A stretch of 64,000 nt of DNA. Source: a virus (Duplodnaviria > Heunggongvirae > Uroviricota > Caudoviricetes). The number at the start of each line of letters is the position of its first letter. The first letter of the stretch is position 1. The notes beneath the pieces were generated by a model, which ran no database searches, was not told the origin of the DNA, and was given only the letters and a program-made list of their open reading frames with translations. Shown here in pieces: positions 39,001 to 47,220 of the stretch. The stretch is taken from positions 19,132 to 83,131 of the IMG/VR virus record IMGVR_UViG_3300005613_000033; one strand, written 5' to 3'. The translations under genes were made by a program, and so were the position numbers.

Positions 39001-40133
39001 CAGATCGTGTTCGGCAAGCCTTTTTAACTGGTATGGATGCAGCGACTCGCGAATGGTCAACTTCATTGGATCTTGCAAGAACTTTAGTCCCAGGTTTTGA
39101 TCCCTCGGAAGGATTTGGGGAAGCTCAAGAAGCCGTTGCTAAAATGACTAAGGATTATAAAGACTTAGTAGACAAAGCAAGTGAAGTTGAGCGAAAACAA
39201 GTCAAGATTCGGAAAGCTATCACTGACACGACAGCACAGCAAAGAAACATGCTAGATACCATGGTGGTCCCTAGCTTCTTTACAGACACCTATGTTGATA
39301 CCGCTGGAAGTATTTCCCAAATGCTGAATCAATTGCGAGATGCTCGCTCAGTTTCTGTAGAAATGGTTCAAAGTGGAAAACAGCTAGTTCAAACCTTCCG
39401 AGACATGGGTTTGGAATTATCAAAAGGCTCTGGATCAAGAGGTAAAATCTTAGCCTTTGCCGATATGGCTGATAACATATTAGAAGCTACACAGAATGTT
39501 GGTGTTCTAAAATCCGAATTAACTGAACTTGAAAAACAACATATTGGTCTAGGTGGTTTTGAAAGACAAGCCGCACTTGCAAAAATATTAGAAGATGGAG
39601 CTATGCAACGAACAGAGCATCTGAATCGAAACAGAGAGGCGATCCAAAAATCTTTGGGTATCACTAATCAATATGTTGTCGCAGATCAAAAATTAACAGA
39701 GTCTACTCGGAAACGAAGGGATTATCTACAAGACATAAATCGAATTAACGCGGCACAAGGTCGTATTGGTACAACGGCCAAAGCTCAAACAGAAGCAATA
39801 CAATTACGAACTCAAGGTTTTATGAAAGGTGGTTTAGTTAAAAGCTTAATGTATTTAGCGAAAGGTAATTTAGCGCGTGGTACAGATACGATTCCTGCGA
39901 TGTTAAGTCCTGGTGAATTTGTAATGAATGCCAAATCCACAAGGCGTTTTTACTCCCAACTTGTGGCAATGAACAGAGGACAAAAACCAATCTATCGCCA
40001 AGAAGGCGGTCCAGTTACAAATGTAACGGTTGGTGATGTAAATGTGCAGGGTGGAAAGAACCCAGCGCAAACAGGGAGACAAATTGTTGGTGCAATCAAA
40101 CGTGAATTGCGCCGTGGTACATCTTCGTTTTAA
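36087..40133 (+). CDS. tail tape measure protein
   Basis: 1348 aa, highly alpha-helical with coiled-coil character. Central hydrophobic segments (LVLAVALLPRLKLMLFSL..., ALAGATLGLSLLAASVVGAIYYF). Sits between the chaperone and distal tail genes. Confidence 0.8.
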   Translation: MADDIRQEFVFDAAQALKTLETLTTQYEKLNTVLRTHAKTVKGINTSTRKITGNLIQIKNAAKAAADQLQRVYGAKATTATQKAAKASSAPPVDTGQVNKAKASLQELDAVARKTFAGAPIKNQKLFNRGLNELVLAFHRSGGSVADFRAKLKLLDTQVNGTQTRMRSAMRNIQNATKQATNTDVIRNFTVSWQTMVRIVTTQLIVRSLNVLRQALRDAISEALDFTRAVAEVGTIANNAYGGLDDIANIIRETSDEFGKSRLDVAEGLYQTLSNQVGNATESLKVFQTATKLSIAAVGSTEDAVNLLTAALNGFDISTSQAELVAAKLFKTVELGRTRMSELANTLGRVGPLANALGISLDETLAAIATITVQGTKSAEALTQLRGVMQGMIKPSEDMKKIFTEIGVANAEAGIATFGFQGFLDEMTKITGKSTSEMGKLIRRVRGLLGAVTLASEDTKKFIENLEEIENVSSQLLTKKYKLVFETPGEEFRRQLNELKNILVVDIGTALVEVANNALKFGRAFASALPSLKAMGLVLAVALLPRLKLMLFSLQAYGTALALVIINHTRFLVHSIATLTPQIGLWRALTTTVGFYNVALAGATLGLSLLAASVVGAIYYFDQQEKAAEKSAKALVKLAEAQSEYQKALDLKEIELFTDLEKRWADTQSREALRVLAVSQKSYNSRISSAKAADQEEQASAKDKFNNMSKLLDQYVADYKKEIDNLGKLREDSEHRVDGIVRSAEQARFDRSTRFLGAQQKLDAQRARGLKLQREASKYLITGDPDKIQRGLALYREAGKIFDGIRDIAYDQLEPLETAWRAGKLSADQFNNLQKARRADNAANQLGVNLSNEQLKAERALQQVLDARAAKAKADVEYQKQLNAKLKTQFDIVLDNMKTLDDSGRILDEKVLKNQAKSREAAFARIRELASETLGGLDLADQLQLASLKADIESAFSPTTIALNEEAMNTASDRVRQAFLTGMDAATREWSTSLDLARTLVPGFDPSEGFGEAQEAVAKMTKDYKDLVDKASEVERKQVKIRKAITDTTAQQRNMLDTMVVPSFFTDTYVDTAGSISQMLNQLRDARSVSVEMVQSGKQLVQTFRDMGLELSKGSGSRGKILAFADMADNILEATQNVGVLKSELTELEKQHIGLGGFERQAALAKILEDGAMQRTEHLNRNREAIQKSLGITNQYVVADQKLTESTRKRRDYLQDINRINAAQGRIGTTAKAQTEAIQLRTQGFMKGGLVKSLMYLAKGNLARGTDTIPAMLSPGEFVMNAKSTRRFYSQLVAMNRGQKPIYRQEGGPVTNVTVGDVNVQGGKNPAQTGRQIVGAIKRELRRGTSSF

Positions 40134-40157
40134 CTCCTACAACATGGAGACTTTTCA

Positions 40158-40703
40158 ATGTTTGATAAACAAGCACTTATAGAAGCCCTGGACCTGGGCG
40201 GTCGATTCCAAGTGGAGCATTGGAGTGACGGTGAATTAGTCGCTACTTATGATTTCCACAATGATATTACGACTGAGGGTAAAAATGCGTTGCTGGACAT
40301 TATGTTCCACAACGACACCCAGATCGAAACTTGGTATCTGAGTCTTGTAGACGTATCTGGATTCACAGCCGTGTCTGTTAATGACGTATACGATGAAATT
40401 AACGGGACAAATGGTTGGGATGAGTTTACAGATTATGATTACAGTGCAAATAGCACGGCTCGTGCCGAGTGGCAAGAAGACGCTGCCAGTAGTGGTGCGA
40501 TTAGTAACACGACAGTTGCTACGTTCGACATTACTGGTGCTGGTTCTGTATGGGGTATTTTCCTTGGTGGCGGAGGCGCGGCCTCTGACACGCAAGGTGA
40601 CCATGCGGCTGACGGAACACTGTGGGCGACAGCCAACTTCACAGCGAACGTTACCGTAGCCAATACAGATCAATTAAAAGTGACCTACACCGTCACTGCA
40701 TAA
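40158..40703 (+). CDS. hypothetical tail protein (distal tail candidate by position)
   Basis: 181 aa. RBS GGAGAC. Confidence 0.4.
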   Translation: MFDKQALIEALDLGGRFQVEHWSDGELVATYDFHNDITTEGKNALLDIMFHNDTQIETWYLSLVDVSGFTAVSVNDVYDEINGTNGWDEFTDYDYSANSTARAEWQEDAASSGAISNTTVATFDITGAGSVWGIFLGGGGAASDTQGDHAADGTLWATANFTANVTVANTDQLKVTYTVTA

Positions 40704-40716
40704 AACTCCCTCGCCA

Positions 40717-40761
40717 AGTTGGTTAGGGAAGCCCTTGTAGGGCTTCCCGGCCAACTCTTTT
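40717..40761. terminator. bidirectional hairpin terminator between convergent genes
   Basis: GGGAAGCCC-TTGTA-GGGCTTCCC with outer GTTGG/CCAAC pairing and a T-run on the plus side. Lies between the 40158 gene (+) and the HNH gene (-). Confidence 0.55.
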
Positions 40762-41278
40762 AGTCTATATATTCCCAACCATAACCACCTGTTGTTTTAC
40801 GACGCCCATTACAAACATTCCAGATGTTACTATGCGGGCATCCAGTTTCTTCTGCCGCAATACTCATGTTAATAAATTCAACACCATCTGATCTTCTAAC
40901 AGATCGACCACCATGTGTACCATCTCGACGTTTATCAAAACCATCTTCACTTTTTGTCCCATAACAGAGATTAGAAACTGAATTATCTGATATTCCATTA
41001 GGACCATGTCGAATTACACACCCCTCAAAAGGGCCAATTAACCAAGCATTAGCGACAAGATGATGAACATAATGAGTTTTCTTAATACCTTCTTTTGATA
41101 ATCTTAATACAAGATAACCACTTGTGGCTGCGGGTATAAGCTTTAGAATTTTACCCCTCCAATTACGGAATCCACCTTTAGAGTGGCGAATAATCCGATC
41201 AACTGACCTGACACGACCTAAGTTGCTAACTTCGTAATAACCCTCATAATTAACAACATCTTTCCATTGTTCGTCCAT
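40760..41278 (-). CDS. HNH homing endonuclease (NUMOD4 N-terminus + HNH_3)
   Basis: N-terminus MDEQWKDVVNYEGYYEVSNLGRVRS (NUMOD4-like). HHLVANAWL...RHGPNG...DNSVSNL (HNH). Paralogue of 56637-57206. Opposite strand, inside the tail operon. Confidence 0.85.
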   Translation of the reverse strand: MDEQWKDVVNYEGYYEVSNLGRVRSVDRIIRHSKGGFRNWRGKILKLIPAATSGYLVLRLSKEGIKKTHYVHHLVANAWLIGPFEGCVIRHGPNGISDNSVSNLCYGTKSEDGFDKRRDGTHGGRSVRRSDGVEFINMSIAAEETGCPHSNIWNVCNGRRKTTGGYGWEYID

Positions 41279-41318
41279 ATTACAAGTATAACCTACAAAC
41301 CCTCGAAAGTCAAATCAA

Positions 41319-42362
41319 ATGCTTCGATTACTGGAAGGATTCGATTTCTACGGTGTCTCGGGCCGCACAGGTTCGGGTCTGAATACCGATATAAAAAGAC
41401 GTCACGAAGGCGGTTCTATCCTTAATGGAACTGATGGTCAGCTTATTACTGGTAGAGGAGGAGATGGTTTAGCCTTAGAATTTAATTATGATAGTGACAA
41501 CAAAGTTTATTTATCACGTTATGAACCCGGAGAATCTGATACAATAATCGTGGGGTTTGCTTTCAAATCGCCTTCAAATTATTCGACAGAATCTTCACGT
41601 AAGATATTTGAATTTGTCTATGGTCATCTAATGCTGTATTGGGTACAAGGTGCTTTGTATCTTAACAATTATGATTGGACAACTGCGATACCACTTGGTT
41701 ATGCATTGAAGCCGAATCGTTGGTATTATTTTGAATTCAAAATCTACTTTCATTCAACATTAGGAACTCTTGATGTGAAGGTGAATGGTCAAACACTATA
41801 CAGTGATACCAATATAGACACTCTCTATGACTCACAATCACACACTCTGATTACATTGCATGCACCAGAAGATAACAGCGGATTTGATGATCTTTATATC
41901 TGTGATAATACTGGCTCTGACAATAATGATTTTCTAGGTCCAATTAAAGTTGAAACCTTGCGACCGGATGGTGACGATGGTTCACAAAATTGGACACCAA
42001 GTACTGGAGGCAATCATTCCGCACTCGTAAATGCCGCAAATATGTGGGATCAAACCGATTACATTGAAGCTTCTGGAGCGAATATCGATGATCTCTGGAC
42101 CTACTCTAATTTAGCCACAATCACGGGGGCAATTTATGGCGTGCAACTGATTACAGCAGCTTGGACAGACGTAGGATTGCCGCTCATTTTACAGTCTATA
42201 TGTGACTCGGGTAGTACTGTAGAGTATTCCCCAAGTAAGGGAATTGGGGTTGATAAGCTTCCAGCGACTCATGAAATGATTTGGGAAACCGATCCGGATA
42301 CAACAAATGCGTGGACTGCAAATGGTGTTAATGGGGCTTCTTTTGGCGTAAGGAAAGTCTAA
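41319..42362 (+). CDS. tail protein paralogue 1 of 3 (347 aa)
   Basis: Shared motifs with the next two genes: L(L)EGF(D/E)xxG N-terminus, DGDDxxxxWT, YGVQL, ETDP(D/E)TxNAW...FGV C-terminus. Confidence 0.55.
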   Translation: MLRLLEGFDFYGVSGRTGSGLNTDIKRRHEGGSILNGTDGQLITGRGGDGLALEFNYDSDNKVYLSRYEPGESDTIIVGFAFKSPSNYSTESSRKIFEFVYGHLMLYWVQGALYLNNYDWTTAIPLGYALKPNRWYYFEFKIYFHSTLGTLDVKVNGQTLYSDTNIDTLYDSQSHTLITLHAPEDNSGFDDLYICDNTGSDNNDFLGPIKVETLRPDGDDGSQNWTPSTGGNHSALVNAANMWDQTDYIEASGANIDDLWTYSNLATITGAIYGVQLITAAWTDVGLPLILQSICDSGSTVEYSPSKGIGVDKLPATHEMIWETDPDTTNAWTANGVNGASFGVRKV

Positions 42363-43417
42363 TGGCATTACGTGGAATAGAGGGTTGGAGTGGGTATACA
42401 GGACTCACGTATACCACATTTGAAAATATCCTTCAGGCTAAATGGCCTGGAAGTTATTGGATGGACGATTCAACTGTGAGTACAGATAGTGACCGCTTTC
42501 CCAGTGAAGATGTTTGGCGACCAACAGACAGCGGTAGTGAAGCTTGGGTTTTTGATCTACTTGATAATCCGGAAGAAATTGCTTGTGGTCTGTATCTTAA
42601 AAGCAATTCTGGTAGTAGTAGCCGAAATAATTTCTACCCCATCATTACAATCAATAACGGTAGTTATGCACATATTCAAATTGAGGCTAGTCCAATAGAC
42701 ATTCGCGTCAAACTTCTCCATAGCAGCACTGTCGTTGCTACTTTTTACTCAGTCTTGGAGGCACGGCGGTGGAATCTAATTGAACTTAAAGCTAAGGTCC
42801 ATGATACAACGGGGTATTGGGAAATATACGTTAATGGTGTACTGATTGGGTCTAACACAGGTATCGACACCAAATACAGTACCTATAATGTGAATCAAGT
42901 CCGGTTTCATGGCGGACTTGCCTATAATAAAATAGGCGATACTTATTGTTGTGACTTAACTGGTAGTAAGAATAATGATGTATTAGGACCATTTCATATT
43001 CAAGGTATTCTACCTAATGCTAATGGAGATGATAGTGATTGGACTCCTAGTGCCAACGCCGATAATTACACAATGGTCAATGATGTAACAGCCAATGAGA
43101 GCGATTACGTTGAATCAGGGACTCCAGCAGATCAAGACTTGTACAATTATGAAAATTTGAGTGGGACATGGGACGAGATTTTTGGTCTTCAAATCAATAC
43201 ACGACTCTTCATGGATAGTGCTAATTCCGAGACTATTGCAGTCCTTTGTTCATCAAATAGTACAGAGGATAGTGCAAACTTTACTGCAAATAATGATTCA
43301 GTGGGGATGGGTGATGAAGCCCAATTTATGCGAATCTTAGAAAATGATCCAGATACATCAAATGCCTGGGACCCAACAGATATTGATAGTGCCCAATTTG
43401 GTGTCAAGTTTATCTAA
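42362..43417 (+). CDS. tail protein paralogue 2 of 3 (351 aa)
   Basis: Same motif set (NGDDSDWTPS, FGLQI, ENDPDTSNAWDPTDIDSAQFGV). TAATG overlap. Confidence 0.55.
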   Translation: MALRGIEGWSGYTGLTYTTFENILQAKWPGSYWMDDSTVSTDSDRFPSEDVWRPTDSGSEAWVFDLLDNPEEIACGLYLKSNSGSSSRNNFYPIITINNGSYAHIQIEASPIDIRVKLLHSSTVVATFYSVLEARRWNLIELKAKVHDTTGYWEIYVNGVLIGSNTGIDTKYSTYNVNQVRFHGGLAYNKIGDTYCCDLTGSKNNDVLGPFHIQGILPNANGDDSDWTPSANADNYTMVNDVTANESDYVESGTPADQDLYNYENLSGTWDEIFGLQINTRLFMDSANSETIAVLCSSNSTEDSANFTANNDSVGMGDEAQFMRILENDPDTSNAWDPTDIDSAQFGVKFI

Positions 43418-43432
43418 TTGAGGGAGTTAGAT

Positions 43433-44461
43433 ATGGCGGGTTTGCTTTTTATGGAAGGTTTTGAAACCTTCGGTGCGAATGGTGACACCGGGAGTGCGTT
43501 GCAAGATGTAATACGAACCAAATGGCCTCAAGTCACTCTGAGTTCCAGTGCTAAACTTAGTGATGATGCCTATGAAAGTCAAGGACTTTGTCTTGACGGC
43601 GTCAGTGGTAGCTCATCGTATCGCCTTACCTACAATCATCATACCGCTACCAACGAACTGATTGTAGGGTTTGCTTGGTACACGGGTACACTTTCATCAT
43701 ATTACTTGTACCAGGCTATAAGTCTGAATTCCCAATTTAGGTTATATGCGTATAGTGATGGACATTTTCGTATTTACCATGGGTCAACTAACACTGATAC
43801 AGGTATACTATTTTCTGCCAATACTTGGTATTATGTTGAAGTCAAATTCAAAGTGGATAGTTCACCCAATGGATATTGGGAACTTTATTTGGATGGTGAT
43901 CTAAAAGCATCTGAAACAGGAGTCGCTACATGGTCAACTTCATATCCAAAAGAAGTCTCCTCCCACAACTGGATTCCAAGAAATGTAGGTTGTCGTTTTG
44001 ATGATATATACATCTACGATAACACCGGAGATGTTCAAGAGCCCTTCGGCCCTGTGAAGATACGTGCGTTGCTTCCTGACGGTGATGATACAACTGATTG
44101 GACTTCAACGGGGGCTAATCACTATGATCAAGTAAACGATGTTCCTGTTGATACAGCCAACTACGTAGAAAGTAATACGGCAAATGATGTAGATTTGTTT
44201 ACTTTTGCTAACGCACCTGACCCATCGAATTGGCCAATATACGGTGTGCAGCTAAATCTCTATGCTGCCGTCACCGATGTTGGTCTTTTTACATTAGAGG
44301 GTATTACGGACTCGAATGGTTATCAAGATACAGCTAACGAAACTATCATTGACCATTTAGGCGGTCAGTATGCATTCATTTTTGAAACTGATCCTGAAAC
44401 CTCGAACGCTTGGACAATAGATCAACTTAATGATGCTAAATTTGGCGTAGGAGTAGAGTAA
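43433..44461 (+). CDS. tail protein paralogue 3 of 3 (342 aa)
   Basis: ATG at 43433 with RBS GAGGGAG. DGDDTTDWTS, YGVQL, ETDPETSNAWTIDQLNDAKFGV. Confidence 0.55.
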   Translation: MAGLLFMEGFETFGANGDTGSALQDVIRTKWPQVTLSSSAKLSDDAYESQGLCLDGVSGSSSYRLTYNHHTATNELIVGFAWYTGTLSSYYLYQAISLNSQFRLYAYSDGHFRIYHGSTNTDTGILFSANTWYYVEVKFKVDSSPNGYWELYLDGDLKASETGVATWSTSYPKEVSSHNWIPRNVGCRFDDIYIYDNTGDVQEPFGPVKIRALLPDGDDTTDWTSTGANHYDQVNDVPVDTANYVESNTANDVDLFTFANAPDPSNWPIYGVQLNLYAAVTDVGLFTLEGITDSNGYQDTANETIIDHLGGQYAFIFETDPETSNAWTIDQLNDAKFGVGVE

Positions 44462-46083
44462 TGGCCAATGCTAGGCTATCTCGACAGCAAGTAGAAGTCA
44501 TTGGACGATTAACTTCCAAACTTCGGGTTGGTGGTCAAAGTCTCATGGTGGCTGGTGCTGCACAGAATGGAAAGTTGCGTGTCCATGGGGTCACTCTGGA
44601 ATACATGACTAAAATCCTTCCTGAAGAAGCCAGTAGTGATATAGGTGTTGACCAGGGCATAGTTGTGTCTCATGTGGCCCAGAGAGGGGCTGTGAGCGAT
44701 CTCAGTGGCACTTTAGGGCAAGTGGTCGCACTGAACGGGAGTGTCTACAACAAGGCCCCTGGGGACACAATAGGGCCTACTGAGTCTGGAATTGAACATT
44801 CGGTACAAGTGAGTGTAGTTCGCAATCTTTCAGCTAATAATGCTCTCTCCTTAGACCAAGATGCTTTTATACAGCAGCCCACGTTTAGTGATATTGGAAT
44901 TGACCATTCGGTTCAAGTCAGTGTTGTTCGCAATTTATCAATTGGGAATACAGTAGGCGTAGGCCAAGGAACGGGTACAAACCAACACATAGAAAGTGCT
45001 AACAGTGATCTAGTAGGTTTAGATTCAGAAGCTACTACTATCCAAGCTTTCAGTCGCTCTGCTAATAGCAATTTAGCAGCGACACTCGACCATAGTTCCA
45101 CTGTAATTGTTGCAAAAACCGCTCAAAATACTATTGGGATTAGCCAGACTGTTGAAGGTTACAGAGTACTATCCTTCAATGTTGAAAATGAATTAAATTT
45201 GCAACAAATCCCCTTCCCGGTATCACATCCATTTGCTAGCAGTGATATTGGTATAGACCATAGTGTCAGTGTTCAAAAGATTCTCCATAGATCCCTTTCA
45301 CATGATATTGGAATCTCTCACAATTTTGTTAGGACAGGCAACCTACGAGTCGGCGCATTTAATGTTTTGTCAGGTTGGAGTTGGGTGTGGAATCCATCAA
45401 CCAAAACGTATGAAGAGACGTGGGTTCAAATGACATCGACGGCTGAAGTTGAATATGTAAAGGGTGTAGATCAGATTTGGGAATCCGCTAGTAGTCAAAT
45501 AGAACTTGGCCAATCAGTTTCTTACCAGGCCATATTCAATCAAGCCCCAGCAACAGATATTAATATCAAACAAACGCTTGGATACTCATTTATTCAAGAT
45601 ACAACATTCTGTGATTATGATCCATCTGTTGGATGGACTTCAAATACATATGCGCCATTACCACCACCAGTAACACCACCAGTTCTTGAGCCAGAATTAT
45701 ATGACGGTGTGCAGCTTTCCTATCCATCTACTACGCCCACAGATGTAATTTATCTGCGAGGCCCAGAGCTAGGGAACGTCGATCAATTTAATACCCAACG
45801 TATCAATCGTGAGTCTCGGGGTGGTCATCTAGTTGTTTTCCGAGATTTCTATTGGCCCCGAACTAAGACAATGCGATTTTCATTCACAGGATTAACTGAA
45901 CAAGAAGGACAAGAGGTTCTCGATTTCGTTGAAACCTCTGTAGGTAAGGAAGTTAAACTTCGAGATTGGGAAGGTCGAGAATGGTTGGGTGTAATTACTT
46001 CAACTAACGAACCTGTAGTGCGTAAACAAGATAGTTGTAATCTCACCACTGATCTAGAATTTGAACTCACAGATGGAACTTAA
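44461..46083 (+). CDS. 540-aa fibre-like protein with the same ~27-aa repeat family as the 26507 gene
   Basis: Units such as SDIGIDHSVQVSVVRNLSANNALSLD and SSDIGIDHSVSVQKILHRSLSHDIGISH. PPPVTPPV linker, then a C-terminal globular part. Confidence 0.5.
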   Translation: MANARLSRQQVEVIGRLTSKLRVGGQSLMVAGAAQNGKLRVHGVTLEYMTKILPEEASSDIGVDQGIVVSHVAQRGAVSDLSGTLGQVVALNGSVYNKAPGDTIGPTESGIEHSVQVSVVRNLSANNALSLDQDAFIQQPTFSDIGIDHSVQVSVVRNLSIGNTVGVGQGTGTNQHIESANSDLVGLDSEATTIQAFSRSANSNLAATLDHSSTVIVAKTAQNTIGISQTVEGYRVLSFNVENELNLQQIPFPVSHPFASSDIGIDHSVSVQKILHRSLSHDIGISHNFVRTGNLRVGAFNVLSGWSWVWNPSTKTYEETWVQMTSTAEVEYVKGVDQIWESASSQIELGQSVSYQAIFNQAPATDINIKQTLGYSFIQDTTFCDYDPSVGWTSNTYAPLPPPVTPPVLEPELYDGVQLSYPSTTPTDVIYLRGPELGNVDQFNTQRINRESRGGHLVVFRDFYWPRTKTMRFSFTGLTEQEGQEVLDFVETSVGKEVKLRDWEGREWLGVITSTNEPVVRKQDSCNLTTDLEFELTDGT

Positions 46084-46085
46084 CC

Positions 46086-46823
46086 ATGGTCAAACACCAC
46101 GCTCAAGGTAAATTTCGTCAGCGACGTGCCCCGTTGGATATACATCCAAATTGTGAAGCCCCACCGTATATTTCATACAACGAGGCAGTACCATTAAAAC
46201 CACAAGATCCATTTATCTTTCTATGGATGCCTAAAGTAGCTGGTATGAGCATTAGTACAGCTCTAAAACATAATTACGGTCAAACTTACTTGGCTTTAGA
46301 GAATGCCCCCAATCGTTGGCACACTCAGTTAAGGGGTGTGACATTTTACCATAGTCATATTCCAGCATTGGTAGAAGCTGGACAAATTCCAGGCCCTTGG
46401 GTAGACAAAGCTTTTAAGTTTGCTTTCGTAAGAAATCCGTGGGATCGAATGGTCTCTTTGTATCACTGGTTACAATGGGATAAGAAGGGGATGAGCTTTA
46501 ACGAGTTTATTCAAGGAATCTCGCTTGGAAACTATAATCTACCTGGAACAAAGAATGTTCGTGGTTTGTATCAAGCTAATCGTTTAGTTGATTGGTTACG
46601 ACCAAATGGTATTTGGTACCCTCAATGGATAGGGCGATTTGAAAATCTCACAGAAGATTGGAAAATCATTCAAAAGATTTTAGGATTTATGGGCAGTCTT
46701 CCTAAATCTAATGCTTCAAAGCATACACATTATCGAGACTACTATGATCTCCATACCAGAGAGTTAGTAGCAAAAAGATTTGAAGAAGATATCGACCTCT
46801 TTAAGTATACCTTCGAGGCTTAA
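46086..46823 (+). CDS. sulfotransferase-family protein
   Basis: 5'-PSB-like PKVAGMS, 3'-PB-like RNPWDRMVSLYHW, C-terminal SNASKHTHYRDYYD. These are the PAPS-binding motifs of the sulfotransferase fold. Confidence 0.55.
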   Translation: MVKHHAQGKFRQRRAPLDIHPNCEAPPYISYNEAVPLKPQDPFIFLWMPKVAGMSISTALKHNYGQTYLALENAPNRWHTQLRGVTFYHSHIPALVEAGQIPGPWVDKAFKFAFVRNPWDRMVSLYHWLQWDKKGMSFNEFIQGISLGNYNLPGTKNVRGLYQANRLVDWLRPNGIWYPQWIGRFENLTEDWKIIQKILGFMGSLPKSNASKHTHYRDYYDLHTRELVAKRFEEDIDLFKYTFEA

Positions 46824-46824
46824 A

Positions 46825-47220
46825 ATGAGTGTATTATTCGGCGCAATCTACCCAGAGATACAGACAACAACGTTGCTTCCTAATCCTGTATTAGGGGATT
46901 CAGAAGCTTCAACAGTTGAAGTACAAACGCGGCGGGCATTAGATGGTACATTGTATACTTACACAAAGACAAAATTAGGACGCCGTCGTCTAGTACTGAA
47001 TTTTCGAGTTACTAGAATGAAGGGTTTAGAATTCTATGAATTTATTAGGTCTTACCATGGGTATCAAATAAAGTATCAAGATCATCTTGATCGAGTTTGG
47101 ATCGGATATATTGTCAACAATCCATTTGAGTTTACTACATCCGAACGCTGGCGATCCAGACGTTATCCTCATGGGGAAATGATGGAATTCACTGTCGAAT
47201 TTGAGGGGGTTCAACAATGA
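46825..47220 (+). CDS. hypothetical tail protein (131 aa)
   Basis: ATG at 46825 with RBS GAGG. The ORF-track start at 46780 overlaps the previous gene by 44 nt. Confidence 0.45.
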   Translation: MSVLFGAIYPEIQTTTLLPNPVLGDSEASTVEVQTRRALDGTLYTYTKTKLGRRRLVLNFRVTRMKGLEFYEFIRSYHGYQIKYQDHLDRVWIGYIVNNPFEFTTSERWRSRRYPHGEMMEFTVEFEGVQQ

